Shown: positions 23,310-35,984 of the stretch, one piece after another | Numbering within the stretch: the stretch's first letter is position 1 | Layout of the letters: every line of letters starts with the position of its first letter | NCBI RefSeq assembly: GCF_902713615.1 | Contig: NW_024056010.1 | Location: forward strand, 434,001-498,000 | Direction: 5' to 3' | Source: Scyliorhinus canicula | Lineage: Eukaryota | Length of the DNA stretch: 64,000 nt | Position numbers and translations under genes: made by a program | The notes under the pieces: generated by a model | Seen by the model: only the letters and a program-made list of their open reading frames with translations | Told to the model about the DNA's origin: nothing | The model's database searches: none

Positions 23310-23620
23310 GTTATTATTGGACAATCAGCGAGTCAGCCTGAGCCTGTGGCCGCTCTCACCATCTGTCACCGTCACAATGCCCGGGTAATTGATGGCAGCT
23401 CATGACCAACAGAAGAGGAGGGGCGGGACTGGAGGACTGACCTGGAGTTACTGGTCCTCCAACCAATGAGGGGCGGGGTCCCTGAACAGGTGCCGGAATG
23501 TGGCAACTAGGGGCTTTTCACAGTAACTTCATTGAAGCCTACTTGTGGCAATAAGGGATTATTGTTATTATTATGCGCTGCGAGCCTGGACCAAATGCCT
23601 ACTCTCCCGGATCGACTGTT
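23310..23620. promoter_or_regulatory. Promoter module homologous to 14430-14570, between ZF-3 (-) and ZF-4 (+)
   Basis: tcacaatgcccggg...gatggcagctcatgaccaac...ggggcggg...ggaggact-N14-ggtcctcc-aaccaat; interrupted by a SINE tail at 23480-23575. Confidence 0.65.
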
Positions 23621-23649
23621 TGGACTCTCCAGGATTTTATTTTAATCAT

Positions 23650-24110
23650 TTGTCGGAGTCACTGGTTCAGCCAACATTTATTGCCCATCCCTAATTTCCC
23701 CGAAACCGAGTGGCTGGCTCGGCCATCTCGGAGGGCATTTACAGAGTCAACCACATTGCTGTGGTTTGGAACCGTGTCGGCCAGACCAGGTAAGGATGGC
23801 AGATTTTCTTTTCTATTCATTCACGGGATGTGGGTGTCGCTGGCTGGGCCAGCATTCACTGCCCAGCCCTAATTGCCCTTGAACTGAGTGTATCTCAGAG
23901 AACATTTCAAGAGCCAACCAGCTGACTGTGGATCTGGAGTCACATGTAGGCCAGACCAGGTAAGGATAGAAGATTTCCTTCACTGAAGGACAGGAGTGAA
24001 CCAGGTGGATATTTACAACAACCAACAATGGTTTCATGGTCATCAGTAAACTTTCAATTAATTAAAATTTTACCTTCTGCCTTGGTGAGATTCATACCTG
24101 GGTGTCTGGA
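23650..24110 (-). mobile_element. Third tRNA-derived SINE family (aggaaatctgcc..ggtctggcctacatgtgactccag), two partial copies
   Basis: Same family as the fuller copies at 30540-30895(-), 46760-47100(-) and 53250-53580(+), which show A and B boxes. Confidence 0.7.
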
Positions 24111-24402
24111 AAATCATTGGGACAGTCAAAAGTATTTGTGACTCTGGAACATGATTAGGACAGTAAAGATATTAATTTTGGGTCTTTGGAAAATCATTGT
24201 GCCAGTAAAAAGGATTCTGTTTTGTAAGCTGTATGTTTTGAGATGACCTGAGGTTATGAGAATGTTGAAATCCTTCATTTAAAATGGGTAAAACTGGGGC
24301 TTAATATTTATCCTAAATAGCTATCTTTTACCTATTAGGTGTGTTAGGAAATAGTTGACTTCTACACCCGAGCTTCATAAAGATTCACAGGATAGAATTA
24401 GA

Positions 24403-24740
24403 ACCATAGAATTCCTATAGTGCAGAAGGAGGCCATTCGGCCCATTGAGTCTGCACTGATTCTCTGAAAGGGCACGATGCCTAGGCCCACACCCCTACCC
24501 AGTCCCTGTCACCCCATAGCCCCACCTAACCTGCACATCCCTGGACACTAAGGGGCAATATATGAAGGCCAATCCACCTAACATTCCCTTCTTTGGACTG
24601 TTGGAGGAAACTTGAGCACCAGGTGGAAGCCCACACAGACACGGGGAGAAAGTGCAAACTCCACACAGACAGTCACCAAGGCCGGAAATGAACCCGAGTC
24701 CCTGGTGCTGTGAGGCAGCAGTGCTAACCACTGTGCCACC
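24403..24740 (-). mobile_element. HE1-type SINE with CR1 tail
   Basis: ggtggcacagtggttagcactgctgcctcac head and ggcctccttctgcactataggaattctatgg tail on the minus strand. Confidence 0.85.
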
Positions 24741-24778
24741 AGAAGCATAGTTTTGGTATCAAGATTACTGTTTATGAA

Positions 24779-24968
24779 TAAAAGCAAATTACTGCGGATG
24801 CTGGAATCTGAAGCCAAAGAGAAAATGCTGGAACATCTCAGCAGGTCTGGCAGCATCTGTAGGGAGAGAAAAGAGCTAACAAAGGACCATCTGGATTCAA
24901 CATGAGCTCTTTTCTCTCCCTACAGATGCTGCCAGACATGCTGAGATGTTCCAGCATTTTCTCTTTGG
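24779..24968. mobile_element. Palindromic Penelope-type insertion
   Basis: 64-bp inverted arms 24814-24877/24905-24968; 14-bp TSD ttactgtttatgaa at 24765-24778 and 24969-24982; same family as 14004-14169. Confidence 0.8.
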
Positions 24969-25351
24969 TTACTGTTTATGAAGCTCAAGATCGAATTTGC
25001 TTTGCCATCTATTCTATTTAATATGTCTTGTAGATATACAAAATTCCTCTTCACCTCTTTCTCTCTCCTCCCAAAGAGGCCAGTTGGGGTTTTTATAACA
25101 ATTCAGCAGTTTTCATGGTCACTTTTTCCCAGTGCCGGCCCCACAAATGACCAGATTCATTCAGCTCAATTTCACAACCTGCCTTTGTGTTTTTGTGGGT
25201 TCTCTCTCACTCCCTATTTTCTGTTCTTAAATCAGTTTCACAGGGTGTTCGAAGGGGAGGATTCAAAGTCCGGAATCTCAAACCAGGCATCACATCAGAA
25301 TCTGACAGTGTCCTCAATTTATCATTTCCTGAATATCATCGTACTTTGAAC

Positions 25352-26221
25352 ATGGAAGGAAAAAGCATCGTTCACAGTGGGGAGAAACCGTACACGTGTT
25401 GTGTGTGTGAACGAGGATTCAGTCAATCATCAGGCCTCACAAGCCACAAATGCAGTCACACTGAGGAGAAACCGTGGAAATGTGTGGACTGTGGGAAAGG
25501 ATTCACTTACCCATCCAGCCTGGAAACTCATCGACGCAGTCACACTGGGGAGAGGCCATTCACCTGCTCCACGTGTGGGAAGGGATTCACTGAGTCATCC
25601 ACACTGCGGCAACACCAGCGAATTCACACTGGGGAGAGGCCATTCACCTGCTCCAAGTGTGGGAAGGGATTCACTCTGTCATCCACTCTGTCCACACACC
25701 AGCGAGTTCACACTGGGGAGAGATCATTCACCTGCTCAGAGTGTGGGAAGGGGTTCATTCAGTCTGTCCACCTGCGGAAACACCAGCGAGTTCACACTGG
25801 GGAGAGACCATTTACCTGCTCCGAGTGTGGGAAGGGATTCGCTGACTCATGTGACCTGCGGAAACACCAGCGAGTTCACACTGATGAGAGACCATTCCAT
25901 TGTCCAGACTGTGGGAAGAGCTATAAAAGTTCTGTGGACCTGATGCGCCATCAACGTGTTCACACTGATGAGAGACCATTCAGGTGCTCTCACTGCGGGA
26001 CTGGGTTCAGACAATCATCTAACCTCACTGTACATCAGCGAATTCACACTGGGGAGAAACCATTCACCTGCTCCCAGTGTGGGAAGAGATTCACTCAGTT
26101 ATCCGACCTGGAGAAACACCAACGAGTTCACACTGGGGAGAGACCGTTCACCTGCTCCCAGTGTGGGAACGGATTTGCCACTTCATCCAACCTGCTGAGA
26201 CACCAACGAGGCCACAAGTAA
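25352..26221 (+). CDS. C2H2 zinc-finger protein ZF-4 (10 fingers; MEGKS subfamily)
   Basis: ORF 25187..26221; aacATGG at 25352; probable acceptor tttcacag|gg near 25243. Confidence 0.9.
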   Translation: MEGKSIVHSGEKPYTCCVCERGFSQSSGLTSHKCSHTEEKPWKCVDCGKGFTYPSSLETHRRSHTGERPFTCSTCGKGFTESSTLRQHQRIHTGERPFTCSKCGKGFTLSSTLSTHQRVHTGERSFTCSECGKGFIQSVHLRKHQRVHTGERPFTCSECGKGFADSCDLRKHQRVHTDERPFHCPDCGKSYKSSVDLMRHQRVHTDERPFRCSHCGTGFRQSSNLTVHQRIHTGEKPFTCSQCGKRFTQLSDLEKHQRVHTGERPFTCSQCGNGFATSSNLLRHQRGHK

Positions 26222-26409
26222 CCACAGACATTGGGTTTTGCTGTTCCTCACGTTCAGGACTGAACCATGTTCATTTGGGTCTCTTTCTGCTGATAACAAA
26301 CTCCAGCCCATTTACAGGGCTAATAGTCTGGCTAAAAGTCAAATAAATTAGATCTGTGTTAAATGAGCAGTGTGTTGAAACTTTTTAATATCTCTGACAC
26401 AAGTTAGTT

Positions 26410-26565
26410 CCTTTTGAAGTTCTCTCGCTCTCTCCCGTCTCTTCCATCCTCACCTCCAACAAGAAGTGTGAGGAACTCGTGGAGCTTCTTTGTGACTGAG
26501 ATTGAGTCAATCCGATCAGCTGCCTCTGCTGCTTCCCTCCCTTCCACGATCCCACCGGACCAAAT
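26410..26565 (+). mobile_element. L2-like LINE fragment
   Basis: FFVTEIESIRSAAS resembles the L2 ORF2 FF..KI..IR motif. Confidence 0.45.
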
Positions 26566-26589
26566 TGTCTCTAAATTTCATCCTTTTGA

Positions 26590-29402
26590 CTGCTGGTGGC
26601 AGCCATGGAGTAGGAGGTCGCGCATTTGGGAGCTCCCGCTCGTGACGGACCTTTTGAACCTTTTCTCCCGATTTGTTTTGGAATTCTATTAGAAACATCG
26701 GTGGAGAGTGAGACAGTGAGGAGAAATCCCCCACCAGTATGTGGAGCTGTGGACCAGAAATGGTCGTCCAAGAAGAATTAGTTGAGCAGCGAAGCTGACT
26801 GTAGAACCTGCAGCACGGGAAAGCATGGCAGAGGCGCAGGATCCCGGTTTGGTGGCACAGTGGTCAATGTTACCGCGGGTGGAGTTCATTCAGGAGAGCT
26901 TCACCAAGCAAATGAAGGCAACCTAATTAAGGCAAGGATTGATTGGGTGGAACAGGGGCTGGAAGCCCATGGACCGGCGATCCAGAAGGTGGCCGAGCAC
27001 GAGGACCATTTAACCGCTTTGGAGGTGGAGGTGGGGCTGATGAGGGACCACCAGAAAAAGTTGCAGGAGGACCTGGAGAACAGGTCCCAGAGACAGAACC
27101 TGAGGATTGTCGGCCTCCTGGAGGGCAGTGAAGGGTCGGACGCAAGGGCATGTGTGACAAATATGCTGGAAAAGCTGATGGGAGATGGAGCGTTTTCTCG
27201 ATCCTTGGAAGTAGATAGAGCGCTTGGGAGTAAGCCGCGAGCGATATGAACCTCCGAGGGTGATCGTTTAGAATGATTGAGGAGCAGGGGGTGGGGTGCT
27301 TCTGTTATTTGGGAATCCAGGTGGCACGGGAATGTTAAATCTGACCCGGCTAGTAGAGCGAATGAAGGAGGACTTTAGAAGGTGGGACATGCTCCCGCTG
27401 TCACTGGCGGGGAGGGTACACACCGTGAAAATTACGGTCCTCCCGGGATTTCTGTTTGTTTTCCAGTGCCTCTCCATCTTTATCCCAAAGGCCTCTTTTT
27501 TTTAAAATTTAGAGTACCCAATTATTTATTCCAATTAAGGGGCAATTTAGCATGGCCAGTCCACCTACTCTGCACATCTTTGGGTTGTGGGAGCGAAACC
27601 CACGCAGACACGGGGAGAATGTGCAAACTCCACACGGACAGTGACCCAGGGCCGGGATTCGAACCCGGGTCCTCAGCGCCGTAGGCAACAATGCTAACCA
27701 CTGTGCCACCGTGCTGCCCTCAAAGGCCTCTTTTAAACCGGTAAACAAGGTGATTTTGGGTTTTGTGTGGGCGGGTAAAACCCCACGAGTGAAGAAAGTG
27801 TTGCTGGAGCGTAGTCGAGGGTGGTCTGGCACTGCCGAACGTTAGCAACTATTACTGGGTGGCAAATAAAGCCATGATTAGGTAGTGGGGGGGGGTCGGT
27901 GTGGGAGCGAGTCGAGGTGGCATTGTGTAAGGACATAAGTCTGGGAGCATTGATAACGGCACCTCTGCCGTTCTCGCCAGCCCGTGTACTCCACAAGCCC
28001 GGCGGCGGCCCTGAGAGTCTGGGGTCAGTGGAGGAAGCACATGAGTGGAGGGCACATCGGTCTGGGCCCCGATTTGTATCAACCACCAGTTTGTACCGGG
28101 ATGGGGGATTTCGGAGGTGGCAGAGAGCAGGGATCAAGAGGATGGGAGATTTATTCATAGATGGGAGCTTTCCCTGTCTGAAGGATTTAGAGGAGAAATT
28201 TGAATTGCCGGCAGGAAACGGATTCAGGTATCTGCAGGTATGGGATTTTTTGCGAAGGCAGGTTTCGACTTTTCCGCTCCCACCACCACAGGGATACAGG
28301 ACAAGGGTAGTTTCTAGAACGGGGGTGGGAGAGGGAAAGGTCTCGGATATCTACAAAGAACTTGTGGAGTCGGATTTAACTCAGATAGAGGAGCTAAAGG
28401 GTAAATGGGAAGAGGAGCTATGGGGAGGGATAGAGGCCGGTCTGTGGATTTGAGCAGAGTCAATACGTCCTCATCATGTGCCAGGCTCAGCCTGATACAA
28501 TTTCAGGTCATTCACCGGGCACAATTTTATTTTCAAATTTATAGAGTACAAAATTTATTTTTTCCAATTAAGGGGCAATTTAGCATGGCCAATCCACCTA
28601 CCCTGCACATCTTTGGGTTGTGGGGCCGAAACCCACGCAGACACGGGGAGAACATGCAAACTCTACATGGACAGTGACCCGGGGCCGGGATCGAACCTGG
28701 GACCTCAGCGCTGTGAGGCAGCAATTCTAACCACCGTGCCACCCCATTCACACTGCATATGACGGTGGCCCGGATGAGCTTGTTTTTTGGGGTAGAGGAG
28801 AGGTGTGCGGTCGGGGGGGGGGGCGGGAAGGAGGGGGCGGCGGGAAGGGGGGGCGGCGGGAGGGTGGGAAGTCATATCCATATGTTCTGGGCATGCCCGA
28901 AGCTTGGGGGATTCTGGCAGGGTTTTGCAGGTGTCATGTCCACGGCCCTAGAAACAAGGGTGGGGCCGAGCCCAGAGGTGGCAGATTTTGGAGTCCAGGG
29001 GGCGAGAGAGGCTGATGTCTTGGCCTTTGCCTCCCTGGTAGCCCGGAGACGGATATTGCTAGCGTGGAGGGACTCGAAGCCCCCCGGAATCAGAGATCTG
29101 GGTTAGCGACATGGCTGGGTTTCTCAGTCTTGAAAAAAAATCAAGTTTACCCTCAGAGGGTCAACGCGAGGGTTCATCCGGAGGTGGAAGCCGTTTGTCG
29201 ACTTCTTCAGAGAAAATTAACTGTCAGCAGAGGCAAAAAACTTGAAGGGGAGGGGGGTAGTTAAGCTATTTTCTGTTGAGGGTAGGAGGGACTTTTTAGG
29301 GATGGAGATGATTTATGCACAATGTTTTATGTTTCAATTTGCATTGTTTACTGTTGTCACTTATTATAAAATTACAAAAACCTTAATAAAATTTTTTTAA
29401 AA
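26590..29402 (+). mobile_element. L1-clade element with 5'UTR, ORF1, large ORF2 deletion and 3' end; two nested SINEs
   Basis: ORF1 EDLENRSQRQNLRIVGLLEGSEG joins at ~27265 to post-RT ORF2 (RWDMLPLSLAGRVHTVKITVLPGFLFVFQCL; HIHMFWACPKL); AATAAA and A/T tail at 29384-29402; SINEs at 27500-27720(-) (TSD caaaggcctctttt) and ~28525-28745(-). Confidence 0.85.
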
Positions 29403-29403
29403 T

Positions 29404-29565
29404 CAGCATCGCCAAAATCAGATCATCTGCACATTGCCACATTGCTGTTTGTGCCATGTTGCTTTGTGGAAATTGGCTGCTGCATTTCCTATAACAGTGA
29501 CGACACTTCAGAAGCACTTTGGGACATGCTGTGGTTATGAAAGGCGCTACAGAAGTGCAAGTTTT
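29404..29565 (+). mobile_element. DeuSINE (SacSINE1/AmnSINE1-like) 3' part
   Basis: cacattgctgtttgtg...aaattggctgctgcatttccta...acagtgac..cacttca...gcactttggga...tgaaaggcgcta; second remnant at ~31305-31405. Confidence 0.7.
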
Positions 29566-29586
29566 AAATTGAAGATTGATGCTTTC

Positions 29587-30311
29587 TGATAGTAATTGAT
29601 TTCAGACATCCCCAATTAATAAATTTGCTTTGGTTCGGACAAGACTTTAACCAATTAAAGCAAAGGCAGAATTCTGGACAGTAAATTTAAAAAGGAGTTT
29701 TTTAAAGAGAAGCTTTACTGACTAACTTGAAGACATTTACGTTTACTTCAAGGTGGTGATCAGTCTGTAGAAGCGTAACCCACCCTGGCTCCTTCTTTGA
29801 CACTAATTTCCTTGGAAGTCGGCCTCGAGAGTCTTCAGTTCTTGGCCAACAAGGAAGACCTTCGGAACCTCGACTTTTACCCCCAAAGTGACCATTACCT
29901 CATGTCAGAGTTGGGCCTGTGGTAACATGACCATTGGTTAATTAGGCACCAGTTTAATTTAATTGGATCTTTAATTACTGACACCACCCTCTTTCATTAC
30001 TTTTCACAGGAATACAATCGAACAGTTTCATAACAGCCCTTTACCTGATTCTGCACAATTCCTTATATAGTTTTAAATGTTGAGGCTAATCAGAGTTGGA
30101 AGGTCTCCCTTGCCGCTACATTTATCTTCATTGCACATTCTTTATATACACAGCAATGAAGCTTTTACATTTTTACAACAAATAAAACTCAGACTTTTAC
30201 TATAACTACTGATTCATTATTGTTTAATTAATTGTAAATCAATTAAGGATCACTACTTATTTAATCATGTTACAGATTGGTAGCTAATTAATACAATTTT
30301 TAATTGATACA
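29587..30311 (-). mobile_element. Possible solo LTR
   Basis: TG...CA ends with imperfect flanks TTTC/TTTG; LTR-like composition only. Confidence 0.3.
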
Positions 30312-30349
30312 TTTGATACAAGATACACGAGGTCACTTAGGCTTCACCT

Positions 30350-30490
30350 GGTGTCTGTGTCTATATTTACATTGTGTATTTGTCATATGTCTGAGTTTTT
30401 CATGTATGGAACGATCTGTCTGGACTGTTCGCAGAACAATACTTTTCACTGTACCTCGGTACACGTTACAATAAATCAAATCCAATCAAA
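30350..30490 (+). mobile_element. Rex1-type 3' end fragment
   Basis: aatacttttcactgtacctcggtacacgttacaataaatcaaatccaatc matches the tail of the element at 15440. Confidence 0.75.
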
Positions 30491-33179
30491 GAGACAGTTT
30501 CCTACTAATCTTCAGATTGAACAATGAGCCTTCTTAAGAATTATTCATTCATGGGAGGTGGGAGTCACTGGCTGGACCAGCATTTACTGCTCATTCCAAT
30601 TGCCTTTGAACTGCGTATCTTGTGAGGCTATTTCAGAGGACACTTACAAATCAACCACAACATTGTTGTGGATCTGGAGTCACGTATAGGCCAGGACACA
30701 TAAGGAGAGCATAGTCCAAAAGGACATTAATGAACCAGATGGGTTTTTACAACAATCAACAGTCATAATTCGACTTTTAATTTGAGATTTTACTCAATTT
30801 CACCATGTGTCACAGGCAGATTCAATCCCAGATCCCCAGAGCTTTAACCTGGGTCTCTGGATTACTAGCCCAGTAACAATACCATTACTCCACTGCCCAG
30901 CCCACATAGTCTTGGCAGAATATGATGTTTGTAACTTCTCACAATTATAAAAGTAATTCATTTTTCAAACAAATTCTGATAGCTCTGCAGTTTCTGGAAA
31001 CATTTTGGTTGATCGTGTTATTTTTAAAAATAAAGATCTAGTCTTTGCAATATAATTACCTAATACACCAATTCACTAATGATAATTAATGTTAACTACT
31101 GAATAATCATGAATTTAATTCTTGTTTTTTGCTATGAAATCAATACATAGTTCATATAGAAAAGGTACAGAAGGTGAAATGGCTGCAGGAAGCCACATGT
31201 TAGAGATATAAAAGGGCTTCCTTGACCTTATTATTAATGACAGTGACTGCACTACGAAAATAACAATTTAAAAACTAAATGTGATTACACATGCGTACTT
31301 ACAGCGTCCTACATTACAACAGTGAATATGATTCAAAAGTACTCCATTGGCTTAAAACACTTCAGGTGGTCCAGTGGTAGTGAGAGGTTTTATAAAAATG
31401 TACATTTGTACTAATTGTCCACAAACGAGGATATATTACACTTGATGTCCTCACCAAAATCATTGATAAAGATTGAGTCTTAATTTTGTGTAATAACAAC
31501 GGCATTGGCACCATTTTGAATACTCTGTGAAACTCCCGACACACCATACGCAGAATTATTTGTTGTAAAACACAGCGAGTTGTTGTGATTTGGAATGCAC
31601 TGTCCATAAATGGTGCTAGAATCTCATTGGACTGTAACTTCCTAAAGGGAATTTGGTACATTCTGAAAAAGAAAACAAAATAGTCGAACTATGGAATTAA
31701 ATGGGTCGCTGTACAAAGAGCTGGCACGAGAAAAATGGGCCAATTAGACTTCTCAGTGCTCGAGGAGCCTTGTGTACATGTAAAGCGAGTGGTAATGACC
31801 TGGAACCTACTGCCTATGAGGGTGGGAGATGCAGAGATGACAGAAGGATTGCAATAGGAAATTGGACAGGCACTGAGAGAAATAAACACACAGGGATTAG
31901 GGGATAGAACGGGGCAATGGACAGACTGGCTTCCTCCACAGGGAGCCGACATGGTACCAAAGGGCTGAATGGCCCCATTCCCCACCCTCCAGATGCTGTG
32001 ATCGCAGGAGAGAAATTCAGCTGCTCCAGTCACTCCAACTAACTGGAGTCCCTCATCCCTGGTACCATTCTCATTAATGTCCTCTACACCCCAAGAACAT
32101 CACATCTTTCCGAAAGTGGGGAGCCCATATATAGGGTTCCATTGCAGAGGGATAGAATTGAAAAACATGGAGGAAATGTTCAGCTTGTTTAGAACGATGG
32201 TTAGACAACACTGGGAGCTGTATCAACATTGGTGATCTCCATTTTGATAAAGGAAATAGAGGCACTGGATAAGGCGCAACAAAGATTCATAATATACAGA
32301 ACTGAGAGCATTTAACACTCAGGAAAGGCTGGGGCTGCTTTTTTCTGGTAAAGCAAAGGCTGATGGGTGACCTGGTGGAAGTCTTTGAGATTATGAAGGG
32401 ATTCAATAATCCAATAGGAATTTCAGTGGAAACCTCTTTCCCCAGCGAGTGGTGAGAACGTGGAACTCGTTACCACAGCGAGTGGTTGAGATGAACAGCA
32501 TGAACCCATTGAACGTAAAGCCAGATACATACATGAGGGAGAAAGGAATAGAGGAGATGCTGATGGGGGGAGATGTTAGGTGGTGGGTGGAGGATCATGT
32601 GGAGCATAAATACTGACAAAGTCCATGACTAATCTCAGCCGGTATGGGAATTTAACCTGTGCTGTTGGTGTCACTCAGCACAAACCAGCCAACTGAGCTA
32701 ACCAATCCCTGTGTAAATCTGTAATAATTCCTTCAATATTAGTGATTGCCTGTCTCCCACCATACTATTTAATGTAGTTTCCCAGTGCACCTCAGACAAC
32801 ATGCCCCTCATACCCTGATTGTTTTCTTCTGTGAGAAGCACGAAGATAATTAAAACAAAATAATTATGTAACCACCATAGCCCATCTTCATGGCAATGAG
32901 GCATGATTTTTGGGGTTTCCAAACAGAAATGGTAATGAAACATCTTCTAACCGCAAAACCCCTTTCACTCCTTGTGAAATGCAAAACCAGATATTCGCAA
33001 GAAGGCTCAGAGAGAATCAACCCACTGGAGACGAAGCCGTCTGACCGGCCAGTCCAGCAGAAAGAAACCCTCTGACCATCCCCATTGACCAACAGAATGA
33101 ACAAAATGCAGTCCTGGATGTAATTGAGAACAGAAACAATAACAGCAGAATCCAATCCCTGTAATCTATTGTGAACTAT

Positions 33180-33440
33180 CTCAGGCTTGGTCACTGTCTG
33201 TGTGGAGTCTGCACGTCCTCCCTGTGTGTGCGTGGGTTTCCTCCGGGTGCTCCGGTTTCCTCCCACAGTCCAAAGATGTGCGGGTTAGGTGGATTGGCTA
33301 TTCTAAATTGCCCGTAGTGTAAGGTTAATGGGGGGATTGTTGGGATACGGGTTACGTGGGTTTAAGTAGGGTGATCATTGCTCGGCACAACATCGAGGGC
33401 CGAAGGGCCTGTTCTGTGCTGTACTGTTCTATGTTCTATG
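33180..33440 (+). mobile_element. 5'-truncated HE1-type SINE in the terminal finger of ZF-5
   Basis: HE1 body plus CR1 tail gggccgaagggcctgttctgtgctgtactgttctatgttctatg. Confidence 0.85.
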
Positions 33441-33565
33441 TAACATGTTGGTGTCTCAGAAAGTGCAATAAATTACTAAATCCCATCGCACATTGAGAGC
33501 AGGTGAACGGCCTCGTCCCAGTATGAACTACCTGGTGTGACTGCAGACGGCATAACCAAGTGAAT
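33441..33565 (-). pseudogene. Detached, decayed 3' fingers of ZF-5
   Basis: gagagcaggtgaacggcctcgtcccagtatgaac finger/linker sequence between the SINE and the CR1; the 3' block continues at 33050-33177. Confidence 0.8.
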
Positions 33566-34917
33566 TGTGTAAATAGATGTAAACGGGAGTGAGATCATCG
33601 GGATTATGGATACATGGCTGCAGGATGACCAGGGATGGGAATTGAATATATTCAGTATTTAGGAAGGACAGACAAAAGGAAAAGGCAGTGGAGCGGCAGT
33701 GCTGGTTAAAGAGGAAATTATTGTAATAGTGAGGAAGCATATTAGCTCCGACAATGTGGAATCTGTATGGGTAGAGCTGAGACACACCAAGGGGCAAAAA
33801 CATTAGTGGGCATCTTATATAGATCCCCAAACTGCAGTGGTGATGTTGGGAATGTCATAAAACAGGAAATCAGGCTGATTGTATCAGAGGCGACAAAGAA
33901 ATGGGTGAGAAAATAAATACATAATTTGCTTCTTTCTTCACAAAGCTACCAGAAATGTTGGGAAAAGCAGGATTTAGTGAGAGGGAGGAACTGAAGAAGC
34001 TCAATATTAGGAGAGAAATGGTGGTGAAATTGATGGGATTGAAGGCTGGTAAATCCCCAGGGCCTGATAATCTGCAACCAAAGTACTTAGGGAAGTCGTG
34101 TAGAAATAGTGGATGCAACGGTGGTCATCCTCCAGGATTCTATAGACTCTGGAACAGTTCCTGCAGATTGGCTTATGTAATTCCACCATTTAAAAAGACA
34201 GAGAGAAAACAGGGAATTATAGACCAGCAAGTCAGACATCGGCAGTGGGGAAAATTCTAGAATCCATTCTCATAGATTTTATAGCAAAGCACTGAGAAAC
34301 CAGTGACAGGATCGGACAGAGTCAGCATGGATTTATGAAGGGAAAATCATGCTTGACAAATCTACTGGAATTCTTCGTGGGTATAACTGGTAGAGTTAAC
34401 GAGGGGCAGCCAGTGGATGTGATATTTGGACTTTCAGATGGCTTTTGACCAAAGTCCCGCACAAGAGATTATTGTGTAAAATTAAAGCACTTGGGATTAG
34501 GGGTAGTGAATTGATATGGATAAAAAACTGGTTGGCGGGCAGGAAACAGAGTAGGAATTAATGGTCTTTTTCAAACTTGCAGGCAGTGACTAGTGGGATA
34601 CCACAGGGATCGGTGCTAGGACCTGAGATATTCACAAGATATATTTATGATTTAAGAAAAATTTAAAGTACCCAATTCCTTTTTACCAATTGAGGGGCAA
34701 TTGAGCGTGGCCAATTCACCTACCCAGCACTTCTTTGAGTTATGGGGGTGAGACCCACGGAGACACTGTATCCACACGGATAGTGACCCAGGGCAGGATT
34801 AAACACTGGTCCACAGTGAGGCAACAGTGCTAACCACTGCAACACCCTATATATTAATGATTTGGTGAGGGAGGAAAATCCAATATCTCCAAATTTGCAG
34901 ATGACACCACTTTGCGT

Positions 34918-34948
<31 letters not shown>

Positions 34949-35822
34949 GTGGTCTGTGAGGAGGATGCAGAGATCCTTCATTGTGATTTGGACAAGTTGA
35001 GTGAGTGGGCAAATGAATGGCAGATGCAGTATAATTTGTAGAAATGCGAGGTTGTCCACTTTGACAACAAAAACGAGACGGCGGGCTATTATCTGAACGG
35101 CCATAAATTAGGAGAGGGGAATGTGCAACGAGACCTGGGTATCCTCGTACACCAGTCACTGAAGGTAAGCATGCAGCTACAGCAGGCGGTAAATAAGGCA
35201 AATGCTGTGCTAGCCTTCATTGCGAGCGGATTCAAGTACAGGAGCAGGAATATCTTGCTGTCATTATATAGGGCCTTGGTGAGGCCATACCTGGAATATT
35301 GTGAGCAGTATTGGGCTCCTTATCTGAGGAAGGATGTTCTTGCTCAGGTGGAAGTGCAGCGAAGGTTTACGAGACTGATTCGTGGGATGGTGGGACTGAC
35401 GTATGCGAGATTGAATCAGTTAGGATTGTATCCACTGGAGTTCAGAAGAATGGGGGATCTCATAGAAACCTATATTATCCTAACAGGACTTAACAGGGTA
35501 GATGCAGGAAAGATTTTCCCAATGGTGGGAGGGTACAGAACCAGAGGTCGCAGTCTGAGGATACGGGGGAGACCATTTAGGACAGAGATTCTCCCTCTGT
35601 GTACCTGAACAGGCGCCGGAATGTGGCGACTAGGGGCTTTTCACAGTAACTTCATTTCAATGTAAGTGTACTTGTGACAATCAAGTTTATTAATTAATTA
35701 AAGATATGGAAGGGAAAGCGGAATTAGGCTATGAATGATAAGCCATTATCATAATGAATGGCAGAGCAGGCGCAAAGAGCCAAATGATCTGTTCCTGCTC
35801 CTATATTTCTATGTTTCTATGT
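33566..35822 (+). mobile_element. CR1 LINE inserted into the ZF-5 finger array (nested SINE 34653-34846, -)
   Basis: CR1 APE and RT motifs (KSPGPDNL, SQHGFMKGKSCLTNLLEFF, GIPQGSVLGP, KFADDT, LYRALVRPYLEYC); (tttctatg)n tail; ZNF sequence on both sides. Confidence 0.9.
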
Positions 35823-35984
35823 AATCCCTTCCCACACTAAGAGCAGGTGAATGGCTTCTCCCCAGTGTGAACTCGCTGGTGCGTCTGCAGACTGGATAAC
35901 TGTGTGAATCCATTCCCACAGAGGGAGCAGGTGAATGGCTTCTCCCTAGTGTGAACTCGCTGATGTCTCTGCAGGATGGATGAA

